Source: Lingula anatina
Taxonomy: Eukaryota; Animalia; Brachiopoda
NCBI GenBank assembly: GCA_051362555.1
Contig: CM120643.1
Location: 15,474,644-15,538,643 of the forward strand
Direction: 5' to 3'
Length of the DNA stretch: 64,000 nucleotides
Below are positions 34,501 through 47,841 of this stretch, one piece after another. The position numbers and the translations under genes are program-made. Numbering within the stretch: position 1 is the stretch's first letter; the number at the start of each line of letters is the position of its first letter. Below the pieces are notes generated by a model that saw only the letters and a list, made by a program, of their open reading frames with translations, was not told the DNA's origin and made no database searches.

Positions 34501-37500
34501 TTGACTTCACTGTGTGGTTGTCGCTGGAAAAACTATTACTAGTTCCAGGGCAAGAGGGTGTCTCACGTCAACAACGGCGGTCAAGTGGTTTTACCGAGAG
34601 CTTGTGGTCAAGATTTGATTTCACCATTGCAAGGCTTTATGTTTAAGAGATTATTGATAATAAATGAGAATTCCCCAGGTAAAGAGAAAATAGTTCTTTT
34701 CCAAGTGTGATTTTGACCAGGTTTGGCCCTTTGTTCAGTTGATTAAAATTGTAAATAGATTACAAGAAGACAAGAAGATTGCTTTGTGAAATAACGGCAA
34801 TTTAATTTAAATATAAAAATGAGGAGCATTTAATTAAGTTTTGATACAATACCTTCTTCAATGATAACACTTTCCTGAGGGGAGTTTTTAGCTTTTTTTT
34901 TTTTTTTTTTTGGGGGGGGGGGGGGGGGGGAGGGGAGTTATTAGCACTTTATTTCAGCGAGAAAGCAAATATTGGATGGCAAACTATTTCAAAATTTTTA
35001 ATTAAAAGTTGACAAAAGATATTAATCACCATTTGGGATTTTCGTGGCTGTTCAATTTGCTAAATTAATTCCGTGTTCTATTATCTAGATTTTCTTTTGA
35101 TGGAAGAGGAATAATACACAACTTTTTTATTTTGATGACACTGTTTTCACAATCGATAGAGAAAAATGAAATTGCAAATTCAGCCGTTTTATATCAATTA
35201 GAATCCGCAGTCTTGATAATTACAAAACAGATCTTCACACATGTTACTTCGATAGGAAACGCGTCGCCCTTGTGCTCACTATAAAATTGAAAAACACGAA
35301 ACAATCTTACAAATATATCAAAATCCACCGACATTATTGTGACGTTTGAAAACAATAAAAGAATGTTGAATCTAATTATTAATTACGTAGACCTTTTTGA
35401 TATAAGCTATATTTTTTTCTTATATTCATTTTTGAAGAAAAAAAATTAAACAAAATCAATAAAACTAGAAAAGCACCCCAGGAAAAAATCCCTTTGGCGA
35501 ATGTTTAATCGCTGTCAAAAATATACCAAAATATTTCACAACGCCGATAGATTTCTTTAATCCTTCCGTTCCCTTCTCGACACGCCGTAATGAACTAAAA
35601 AGAAAAAAATCACGCCAAAGAATTGGATTAGCAACCCTGTAAGCGAATGGAATGCTTTGATCTAGCAAGTTTGTTAATCAAACGCCGATGAAGGCGTTAA
35701 CATGGAAGGAGCCGAGTAATGGTGTAAATTGATTGCTTTTATGTCTTGTTTTGCGTAAAACACTTCTAATTACACGGGGTAAGTACACGGGGAGGCCGGC
35801 AAAAATCGATGTCTCGTCATGTCCGCGGCATACTGATTAGGCTCAGCGATGAGAAGAGTAAAGAGAAGTGATGGATGGGTCTGACAAGGGTCCTTAGCGC
35901 TTTTCTTCATGTATTTTTCTACCCTCTACACCGAGATCGCTCCTCATAAATTCTCCAACTCAATGCTCTGGAAGAATTTCAGCACGCATTTTTCTGCTCT
36001 CCGCACTAGTGTAATTCTTGTCGACTTTTTCTACCCTCAACAGTGGCATTATTTTACATGATTTTTGCTATCCTCAACACTAATATTATATTCCATTTTA
36101 TTTTGTAGTTATATTATTTGTTTTTTTTTCTTTACTGTTCCCCGATGTTATATTACATTAATTTCCACAGTCTCAGTGGTGTTAGGTTTTCACGTAATTG
36201 CTAAGTTTTCACGAAATGTCTCACTTTGGGCACCGATATTTTTGTGAACTTTGCAACCATTCACACTTGGTTTATTTTCCTTAAATATTTTTACAGTGTT
36301 GACTTGGACCTTCTTTTCTATTTCTCTCCAATCACTTCCCTTCAGTAAACGTGATATTGATGAGGTTTCTGACAGCGCGTACGGATACCATATGACAAAA
36401 TTGTTCTACTATTTTAATATTTAGCACAGAGGTGGGCCTTTGGACAAATCAAAACATTGAAATAACTCAAATTGTTACCTTTAAAATTTTTGCGAAGAGT
36501 GAAACGGATGTCAAAAACGCTTATTACAATTTACCGTTTATTGTTTTTACGAACAAAAACTGTGTCACAATCTGATTGTTTCAGCATCTGTGGTCCACAC
36601 AAGAAACTCAACTTTGATGTCAAAATCTTGTAAATGTCACTCTTCCATCAGCCTCTTTGTTTCAGATATTGAGTATATGCAGCGAAATGGCGTTGTAAGG
36701 CCCCCTGTACTATGGGTAGAAGGAAGCTGCAAAGAATAAAGTAAAATGAATAAAATAAGAGAAAATAAAATAATAAATGCAGAAATAATGAAATACAATG
36801 AAATTGATAAATGTTCACACTAGAAGTTTTATGGAAAAGCGCGACATGTGCCGCCGGTAGAGAAAAAAAAATCAAAGGATGCAAAGAAGTAAAATAAATC
36901 CTTAAAAATGCCCAAAAAAGAAAAAAAAAACAGTTTTCTCTGTGAAGAGGATACCGCAACCGTGTGTCATTAAAAAAACGCGTCCGTCCCCCGCGCCGCC
37001 CCCCTCTCCGCTTCTTACACCGAGGGTTTCATGTCTCCCTAATTGTAGAGTAAACTGGGCGGGCGGGTTGCCGGGGAAAGGCAGACAGTGCAAATTTACC
37101 CATAGGTTTAACAGCCATCGGTGCTGTTGACAGTCTGCATTATAGCGTTGTTTTAACCCGGCGCGGGGAAGGTGAAAGCCTTGACAACACGACTCCAAAC
37201 ACGAGTTCTATTACCCCCGTGCCGTGACTCTCCGCTGGTCAGCCTTTGTTTTAAATCGAATTAATAACCGTGTTTTACATGCTTTGGTCAAGACTTTGGA
37301 GTGTTTAAAGCTTTCAGTTAAGTTAACCAGCAAACGGGTGAACTCAGTGCTTTCCTGTCCTCTGCCTTTTCTTTGAAGGCTTGTTCCGTTGAGATCTATT
37401 CTGAGACAAAAGGTGAAAATCGAATATATATTTTTGTCTGTGATAGCCATAACAGCAATATCTCTATGTTCCTGTTTACTGTGTTGCTACATGTATATAT

Positions 37501-40500
37501 TAAATTATTACTTTCTCAGTGAGCAATTGAACAATTGGCTGTTAGACACTTTCAGAATGTCTTACTTGTATACTGAATCAAGAGGATCGATAAAACTAGT
37601 TCATTTCGTCAGCTAATAAATTTTTATTTTATTTTTTGTCATTTTGACATCAATTAAACGGTGGTTATCTAGTCCTTTACCCCTGGATTGACCACTGTCA
37701 AATTAAACGCATCGAAACAAACGCAATATTCTTATTACCCGATCCCGATAAAATACCAGCTATTATGGAGGTAAAGTACTAAAGGTGATCAAATTTTAGT
37801 TACCTAATGTTTGAATATTTATATCAAAACTTATAATGATATGATAATCATGAAAGATAAAAGAAAAATATTTCAAATATCGCCAAAAATGTGCACTCAT
37901 TCGTTCAAAGGTATATATCCACCATCATTATTCAAGATTATTTTTTTCTAAAATTCAGTTCATTTGCAATTTTGGGATTCCCCTTTTTAACATCCACCTC
38001 AACTCACCAATAAAAAGTTTCAATGTATTCGCATTTTGCTCAAAACAGCGACTTAAAATATAAAATGTAGCAACTAATAATGAATTTTCAGGAGGTATAA
38101 ATGACCATTAGTCTTTTTGTGATCAGTGGATGTTTTAAAATCAACCCGTATAATTTCTGTGTATATTGATAATGTGTTTGTGTGCTTCCCACTTAGAGCT
38201 ACATAAGTTTTTTCAGTTAACACCAAAACTAAAATGCTCTCAAGCTGACTAGTGGCGTTTTCTTTTGCCACTGTTTTACCAAAGCCATGTGAGCCCTTTT
38301 TAGAGGGGAAATTAAGGTTTACACCACCCCCACCCTCTCACAAACACACACATACACCTCAACTTGCCCCCCCGTCTCTCAGGCCCTCTCTTACGGCCCC
38401 TGATGTGAATCAATTTTCCGTAATTAATCTTCCGATTATCACCATTTCAAAAACGTTCAGCAGACGACATGATGGTGTTTTGGTCCAAACGTGTCACCCC
38501 GATAAACTTTGTTTAGCTTCTTATGACAGGTTTGCAATTGTCACCCCGCTGATGTCGCCGTTTGTCACACGCCTCGTCGTAGTCGGTGACACCGTGCCCA
38601 ACCTCCCTCAATGTACATACAGAATCATTCACGACACTAGTAAATATATGTAAATGTATGTTCGCACATCGTAGTCAAATAGCGTTTGTTTGTTCACCTT
38701 ATGTTGCTAGCATTTAATTTCACGGAACATGCCTTTGTTTAACATGAATAAAAATTGATTAACATGAAACTGAAGAGGTTGAAGCCATCAAGCTCGCAAG
38801 CATATAGATTCGACGTGACGAGAAGAACAAATATACTGTCTAAAATCTTGCCATCGGAAAATCAGACATGTACGATGAACATGTGCAAGTATTAAATAAC
38901 ATCGATAATCAATGATAATTCAATTAGCTTATTACATCTTCACACTTGCGCGCTCGCGCCTTTGCACGTGTGAGCGCGCACATGCTTGCGTTTCTCTTCC
39001 CAGAAGACCGTTTCTTCGTCTTATTTTTGCCATGACCAAAGTGCAAATGGAGATTAATTCATTATCAGTAATTTCGTTTGAAGTCACCGTTCTACAAACG
39101 CTTTCTTGTCAATTGAAGATGACCCTGTGACCTCGGCGTTAACGCTATCACTCCGCAAATCAATTCTATTAACTAGCTTCAAGTCCTAGGTACATAATAG
39201 GGGTTTCAAGAGGATTGGTGTGTTTGTCTGGCTGTGCCAATTCGTGTACCGTTTAATCGTCGTCGTTGTTGTGTTTTGACGATGTGACGCTACTAGTATT
39301 CATTTATATACAGTTCGAATTCTAAATTTCCCCATCGATAGGTATTAACCAGTTGGTTTGTCAGTGTTGCTTGTTTAAGTGCTAAAACTGTCATCAAAGA
39401 TGTCCATTCTTCTCATTTTTATCTAATCATTTTTTCGCCGATGCTGCATTGAAATGCAAGAAAGGCCAAATCTGCACTGCACAAAGAAATATATGTACCA
39501 GTGGTTACATAGCTTCTTTAGCTGGGGGAAATTGAAGTATAGTCACTCCTAATTTCAGAGTTTGGCTTTAAACTCCAATTTTATTAAACACAAATCACTT
39601 GCGGATTCTACAAGTGTACCGTCAAGTTATTAGAGACGCTAGCAACCTGCCTTAATCCGGGGATAACACACGTGGGAACCGTGAAACCTGTTATTAATAG
39701 GTGTCATAATTGAGAGATCAATTTGACAAAGCTCCACTCCAATATATATCAGCCTCTGGCGAAAATTGGCCAGGAATTAAACTGATACTCAATAGGATTA
39801 TTACCCCACTGTTTTGTATGTGGCAGACTGTTTTCTCCTCTTTAAGACTAATGTTAATTATAGAGTAAATATCTTTAGATTTTATGGACTCTCAACTTGT
39901 TTCTCGTCACACAGGGAACTGACAGATGCACATTCCTGCGTGGAAGGCTAAAGTTTTATCTTAACAGGATTAATTCTTTTTCTGTAAGTTGACGCACATT
40001 TTCTTTATGTCGCCATGCAATGGATCTTTAAATTTGTTATTTGCGACGACAACATCCCGGAATGTACTTTTCATGTCAAATGAGTTTCAGTTTATGCATG
40101 CTTTATGACAGCAGACGAACCGAAGTAACACGAAGGTCTAGAGGACTGTTGATGTTTTTTTTTATTTCTGGCGTTCAATACCCGATTAAAGCGTCGATTA
40201 TGTCGGCTACTTTCTTAATTAATGTCTTATTTATCACTTTTGTGCAAGGCCTGCAAAATTCGAAGATAAATGCTCAAATATATCTTTTTTTCTAATTTTC
40301 TCTTCCTCTGTGAGTCTCAACTGGCTACAGTAATGACCCGAGGCCAGATTTTGACGTATAAACTTCTTAAAATGACTCGTACGCAAGCAATTCCGACTGT
40401 CTTGACTGACGTGCAATGAGATTGAAAATAATTGACAGTAAATCCCCGGCACAAATTTACGTTATTTGCACAAATTCTCGCCGAGCTGCCGATCAATTGT

Positions 40501-41518
40501 CTCCTTATTGAACAGGCTTTGTGTCCGAGTTATGGAATCACCACGAAACATGTGTGAGGCTTGTAGCGCAAAACCAATACAACGACAATACACTGAGACG
40601 GCTGTTTGAAAAACACAGCGTTTGCAATGTTTAAAGATGCTTTATGCGCGGATTAATCGACGCCGGATCAGAAGCAAATGTAGTAATTTGAAACAAATAC
40701 GTTGATCGGTACAATGGCCGAGGTCAACGCGGACTAACCTCGACCATTGTCCCTGACTTAATGTGACATTCGTACGGGTTTTAACTTCGTTTACTAATGG
40801 TTCGTTTTCTGTTTGTGTACAAATTGTGTCGTAGACTTTTAAACTTGGCCTCGGGGGAGGACGACTGTCAACCAGAACCACGTAGTAGAGAAGTGACTTT
40901 CTTTGATAAAAACTTTGGTCTTTTCCAAAGGACCGAGGATCTGCTTGCCACGATGACCACTTCACAGAGAGTGGTGACTCCATTTAATGAAATGTTATGC
41001 TATGAACTGGGAGGGGGGGGGGTTCTGCATTTTTAGGCTGAGAAAGGAAGGACGTGTAACAATACAGGGTTTAAGGACACTGAGCATTTGGGCATTTTGC
41101 AAACCGCATTAATTTTTGTTTCGACAGTTGGAACCTTCATAAAATGGAGACTGCAGTTGCATCGTTTTAAATCGTCTCCACGATAAGGTTTCAGCCAGGT
41201 TGTTGTATGAAACCATAATCTAAATTGAGATTTTTCAATATTAGTCAGATTGGGCTTGTTGAAGGAACCTGCACCTTTCTTATCCTGCCTTCGAGCTGTC
41301 CATGTCATCCCTGAGAGCCGTACACGAGAACGATTATGAAAGATCGAATCGTGTTACCCTGACAACAGTAAGGTTTACACCGTACCAAACAAGTGTGTTA
41401 ACAGGGTGGTATAATCAACCAGGCGTGGCTGGGGCCAATTTTTAACAAGGCATTAAAATACCAAAGATTAAACTGAACTACGCTAGTTTTATGAAGAATT
41501 TTTCTTGCCTAGTTGCTC

Positions 41519-41519
41519 C

Positions 41520-41572
<53 letters not shown>
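41519..41572. repeat. (TC)n microsatellite
   Basis: Read directly. Confidence 0.9.
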
Positions 41573-41575
<3 letters not shown>

Positions 41576-44569
41576 AGATCGATAGTCAATGGCACAAAAA
41601 CATTGTACAAACCAATATTTCACTTCTGCTCATTGCTCATTTTAAAATGTCTTACCCCCGTTTTTTATCACCACAACAAACAAATATCTTGTCCCTGGCA
41701 TAAAAGAAATTAATAATTTATTCAAACTAGTTAAAGCGAAGTATGATCAAATCAAAACACGATTATCAAAATTAATGCCTGGTAGCGTTCCGACTCGACT
41801 GTCTTCCCAGGGGCCAAAGGCAACATGAAAGTAACCGTGTTAAATTATTCGTTAAAATATCCCATTGTTTTCTTGGTTTTAATATTCAGGAACGCCAAGA
41901 GGTTGATGAACTGCACCATATGCTGTGAACGTGGGGGTTCTCGAAGATATTAGATTAATGGCGTTTAGTAAGTATTTTCCCTTTTGGAACTATGAAAACT
42001 GTTTTCCAGCGTGAATACGAGAGCACATTAAGAGTAGTGCCTCTAAGTGTGTGGCATTCTTACGTGTAACCGTAGCCATTTGTCACTGAGACTAACTTGG
42101 TAAAAGAGAGTCAGTTAATAACAAACATGGATTCCTACTGTTGTCATGACGGACAGTTAGAATCAAAAATCTAACTTTTTATTTTTATAGGAAATGTCAT
42201 TGTATTTTTTAAAATCTCTAATTCCGTGGATGTAATTAATTTCTAAATGAATACTTGTTTGCAATCAAACTCGGACTAATTAACCGAAACAATTTACTTT
42301 TAACTGGCTGAGTTTTAATTTGACTAAGTTGCCGAATGCTATGCATACATTTAAAAGAACACAAATAAAGATTGTCCAGCAAAAACATGTGACACCACAC
42401 CTCATTAACGGGCAGCTAAGGTAGGTAACAACAAAAATACGGAAAAACGATGAAAATATGAATATGAAACAGCGTTACCATGTCAATATATAATAACCTC
42501 GCTTATTCCGTCCCTCATAAAACAACGACCGATAGCTCGCCTCAAATTCCAAGACATAGCTGTTATCGTGTAAAATTGAAAAAAAGGAGAAAAAAAACAC
42601 GTGCTGAAAAATACAGGTTGGTTTTTGAAACTGTGCATATTGATTTTTAAAACCGCTCCGTTTCATTTATGACCTTTCTGTACTCAAAGATGAAAGTGAT
42701 TCCGTAAACCGCAGATACATTTAGAACGGTTGGGAGCAGACCTATAAGTCATCAAATAAAGTAGAATTTCGCACACTTTTTTGAAGATGAATCATTGAAC
42801 TAATCAATTGCTTACATATAAATAGAACGCCTTTCAACACCAAAAGAGTGATATCAAACAAAGTTTGAGAAATATGTGCAAGTGAAAAAAATGCTTTGTT
42901 GCGAAATCATTATAAAACATAAATATGGTTTTGAGTTAAACGACAGTGGGGAAAACAACCAATGAGCGGTAAGAGCCACTTGTAATGTTACGCGTTTATG
43001 AATCATCCAGATACTGAATTTCATTTTTATGGTTAAGGCACTTGGAAACGAAGAGTCGGGCAGTTAGACGGTGGGGCGACGCCACGGCAGAGGGTGAGAA
43101 GGGTCAGCCTTCAACTTCGCAATTTTTGTCCAAAGTCTGATTTTTAAAAAATTATTTCTAGTGCGGAACAAGAGTTGAAACAGCAATAACTGCTGCTCCG
43201 CGCTGCGAACAAGAAAAGGGCCGAACGAAATGTGGTGTAGATCACGTAGTTACATATTCAAAATGGAAGTTTTATCAATATACGCGGCCTTATTCCATGT
43301 TGCGGTTGACGCTCTCATGTAATATTGGCACCGCGCACATTTTCAGGAGCTATTAAACTACACAAACATTGAAGAGGGCGGCAAAAGCTTGTCGCGCTTA
43401 GGACGCCTTCCATCTCGAAAGTTTTCTAAGATAAATTGTTTATCTAATACATAGAGTAAATTCCTGCGAGGTTACAGATGGTAAAAAAAACTTAGCATAT
43501 GATTGAATGTATGATTTGTGGCTCTTTCCACAATATCTGATTTTAGATTTACAAACTACGAAAGCAGCACTTTTAGCAATTTATATTAATATTACACTAG
43601 TCTGATAAAATAAACCCATTTACAAAAAAGTTAAATCGATAAACAATCAAAAACTACATCATATTTGTTCAGCTATAGATAAGTGGATATTTATCTGGCA
43701 AGTTCATATGTTGTTGGAAACGAAATCACATTTTTATTATTACTTGGAGGTTCACCGTTACAAAAAGTGGATTTATGAAGTGCACGAATCTTTTACATTA
43801 AATTTTACATTTTTCTTAACAAAAGCAGTTTGTTAGATCAGATATATTTATCAGATACATGTACTGTAACAAATTTACCGAAATATTCCAAAAAGAGGGG
43901 TAATTCCTTACTGTTTGTAAGAGAATTAGAAATTGTTGGCAAACAGCGGAAGTTAGCTTTGGAAAAAAAGAGTGCAGTAAATGCCAAACTCTACGAATTA
44001 TTCTTATATGAGCGATTTGAGGTTAGCTTAAAGAGATTTCCGACAAAGTTGAATATTTTTAAAGCAACTTAGTTTTGTAATCAATTCTTCTGTTGATCAA
44101 CATTCGCCTTAAAAGCTATGGTACTACCATCTCGAAATCTATATCTTAAATTTTATTTATCATTCTTACCCGGCATTTAACTCTGCACACTTTTCAGAGA
44201 TGTCACCAAGAGGAAAGAAAGTTTTATCAAACTTTTTATGACAGGAAGAACATGACAGGCTGCCACGAACAGTTTCCATACCAATGCACCGAGATTAATG
44301 TTGGGCAAAAAGAAAAAGCTAATCAAACTGTTTTCTGCCGTAAAAACATAGAAAGGGAGGCGCTGAACATTGGTTCGGTCTTGTATAGTATGCTGTGCCG
44401 TCCGGTCTGTTGTTTTATTTCTGAAATGACTGATTTTTATAGATCTATAAATGATTCTGCATGCTTGGCGATGGCAAAGAAAAGGGAGCAATTTTTCTTT
44501 ATCCCCTATTTTAATTTAGTTTTACAGAAAAGAAAAAAAAGACCAGTTGCACGGGCGTGTGTGTGCGAG

Positions 44570-44571
<2 letters not shown>

Positions 44572-44646
<75 letters not shown>
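44572..44646. repeat. (GT)n(GA)n compound microsatellite
   Basis: Read directly. Confidence 0.9.
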
Positions 44647-44649
<3 letters not shown>

Positions 44650-47600
44650 GTTAATTCAACTTGTAGCATTTTGATATGCTATCAATCGAAAGTAAAGTTC
44701 TAAAAGTGATGATAGAAAGATTTTAACCTTTTCATACAGGAAATGTATATCGTCAATATATTTTCACTTGTTTAACAAACTTAACTCACTTACATAACAA
44801 AATTTAGACAAACAGCAAAAGTCCTCGTAAAATATCCGAAAAAAAACCCCCCTGATACATATACAGAAAACATCTCTTCTTAATATCTAATACTTTTTTC
44901 TAGGATTATTTAAGACGTTACAAATATATTTACAAATATTTTTACGTAGCTGATGTTATACAATACAATTTCTTCCCGTGGCTCGAACACTAAAAAGGCA
45001 GCGCAACTACAGCGCTACGAACAACTTTACATCAAAGAAAAACTGAAAAACACAAAAGTTCCTCGGCGTAAAAAAAAAAGTACACCAGTATAGGAAATGT
45101 CCAGATAACTATGAAAACAGTACAAAAAGCACCCAGAACACCTCGACTGGGGGCTATGTGATGTCCTGACAATGTCCGGGCCTGTAAAACAACCCAGTAC
45201 ATGTCTCTTTTTTCATAGACATGGTGGAATCCACTTGTATCAACACAGACTCCATGCTTCCGTGACGCCAGCACGAATAACGGTTTTCACAACGGCACAG
45301 ACTCTTAACTTTCAGCAATGTTTGAACACTTTTTTCCAGTTCTCTTTCTAGTTCCTATCTTCGTTGGTTCTTTTAAGCAAACACTCCCCGACTGTGTGTA
45401 TTACTGTGCATCTTATCAGGCCTTTTTTCCACGCTTTTTGTCTCTGATTTTACACTTCTTATATATTGGTGTTACTCTCTGAACGATGTTTCACTCGTAT
45501 TTTTTTATTCAAAAGGTACAGTTTCTTTTTTCGAGAAGCCGCTTTTTGCATTGTTTCTACAAAAGCAAGCAATCACTTTATTCGTGTGAAATAAGGATAT
45601 AAACGGGCACAAAACATATGTTGATAAATCTTCAAAATAAATTTAGAAAGAAAATTAATGCAAATATAAACGGAGTATTTTTATGAAGAGAACAGTAATT
45701 CAATATAAACTTAAAAGTGCGGCCCTTTCTTTACAATCTACAATAACAAACATTTCTACTAACCGCACTTTTCCGTTTGATCTTTTCAAAAAAGAAAAAA
45801 AGATGAAGAAATAAATAGTATAATAAATCCACTAACTGTCATGGTAAACTGAAACTGGTGGCAGTCATCAAAGATGTTGACATTACTCAAAATCTTCAGA
45901 TTTTCTTTTTTCCTCCGTAATCCATGTTTTTCACCAAAATAGAAAAGTAAAACAAATATATCGTATATGTGTTATCCTGTGTATATGCATTTCCATTAAT
46001 TGTCGTTTATGCGACTCATTTCTTTAAATCACTCACTGCCTGCAGATGGTGAAAAACTCATGTTGTTTATTTAGCAGAGATAGTTCTGATTTATTTATGT
46101 AATATTGCGCAACATTCTGTTCATTTAAAGCTATAATTATGCAGATGTATTCTACGAATGGAAAGCTTAGAATGCCATGTCATATTGCGATGAGACTATA
46201 CGCACAAGTCACTGAAGATGATGGGGATCATTGAAGACTTTTGCAAAAAAAATCTCCATAAAATGTATTTTTGAAAATATGATACATATGGATATAATGT
46301 TTGCCTCGGATACTACTTGTTCCAATCACGGGATTTCGCCAAAAAAAAAAAAAAAAGACATAAAAGCAGACAATATTGAAGAGTTAGAAAAAGACGACGA
46401 AGCAACATTCGTATTTGACATTTTGATACAAACTGCACTGGAAAGCTCTCTGTCTTTACAGCAATTCTTTTTTATTTATTCGGGAAAGAGATCGGATTAA
46501 TTTGTTTTCCTAGTTAAAAGTTATAACATTAGACCAATCAATGTAAGTGATGTTGGTGTGTTTGCATGTTGGGAAGACGAACTTTTGTGATAAAGTGCCT
46601 CTCCACTCACCTATATTGGAGAGTTCCTGTATAAAACAGGCAACGTGTATTGAAGAAAATTGCGGTTATTTTTCCTAATATAAAAAACTCATTGTTTGCG
46701 GAAGTTCAACTTCAATTGAAAGTGTCATAAGGTGTTCAGATAAGCAACAAGTGTCTAGCCAGCTGAAGGAGAGTACGGTCCGAACACAAAAAAGGAGGAA
46801 CGCAGAGAAATTGCCTAATAAAAGAAGCGTAATATAAAACGACAGTTTATCTCCCTCATCGAGTGATTTAATGAAAACCTGCGCCGCTGGCTTTTGTGGT
46901 CGGCGATGAATTTTTGAGAAAATGTTGCCAGTAGAATAAAGGGAGATTGAGTTGATGAAATTTTTCCACGCAGGAGTTGGTCTCTAATATGGCCGCTCAG
47001 TGAGTGCACTTTTCTCTAGTTGGAATACAACTAAAAGGACTGACGTAACTTTATTTGGAAAATCTGTAATTAATGAGCGACTTTGGCAATGAATCAGAGA
47101 AAAGGATGGGCCGGGTAAACAAATTGACTGTTTGGCTTTCTGCAGGGATGACTGCTCGCAGAGGATAAACCTTGCTTCAGCGCTTCGAAATGGAAAAACC
47201 AACTTCTCTGGATACAGAACGTGAGAGTGTCAAATGGAGCAGAAAAAAATTATTTTTCCAAGGACAAAAATGCGCATTGTAGAAGTAATAAACACAGGTA
47301 AGGGAGTAAAACAGTCCCTGAGCTGATCCACATTAAGTAATACTATTTTCTCTTGTTAACTGCCAGTGGCGGTTGTTTCTCAGACTTCTGTGAGTCGTAC
47401 AAGACGCTATCCAGGTTTTCACTGCTGCGATCATTGGCGTCTGTTGAATCCTCAGCTCAAAAAATACAACAGAGTAAGAAATCCCTTTGTGTTTATCCTC
47501 GATATATATAAGCATATTTACATTTTCGGTAAAGACAAGACTTTATCAGAGTATCAAAATAAGGCATGTTCATAAAATCCATCTTTATACAGACACGATT

Positions 47601-47810
47601 AATAAGCGTGTCAAACAACATAACTGGAAGGCAAATGAGCACTTGTCACATTCACGTAAATAAAAATGTCTGGGCTAGGTGTGAGGGACAAGCGAAGCGG
47701 AATTTCATTCGAAATCTGTTTCAGAACAATGTTGACAAAATATTCCGATGTTTCCCGCCTCAGGGAGAGGACTCCCCACGTGATCACGGACCTTTTGACA
47801 TTAGATCCCC

Positions 47811-47841
47811 GTTCCCATGGTGACCGTGTTACCATAGATAC
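47811..47841. promoter_or_regulatory. Tandem RFX X-box pair
   Basis: GTTCCCATGGTGAC (47811-47824) and GTTACCATAGATAC (47828-47841), both fitting RTHNYYWTRRNRAC. Confidence 0.55.

Noticed and set aside
37661-37675. GGTTATCTAG resembling part of miR-9 (also ~62608)
   Set aside because: Seed TCTTTGG absent and no precursor hairpin.
45032-45274. 80-aa ORF with a hydrophobic C-terminus
   Set aside because: Non-ATG start, hydrophobicity explained by T-rich DNA, no family resemblance.
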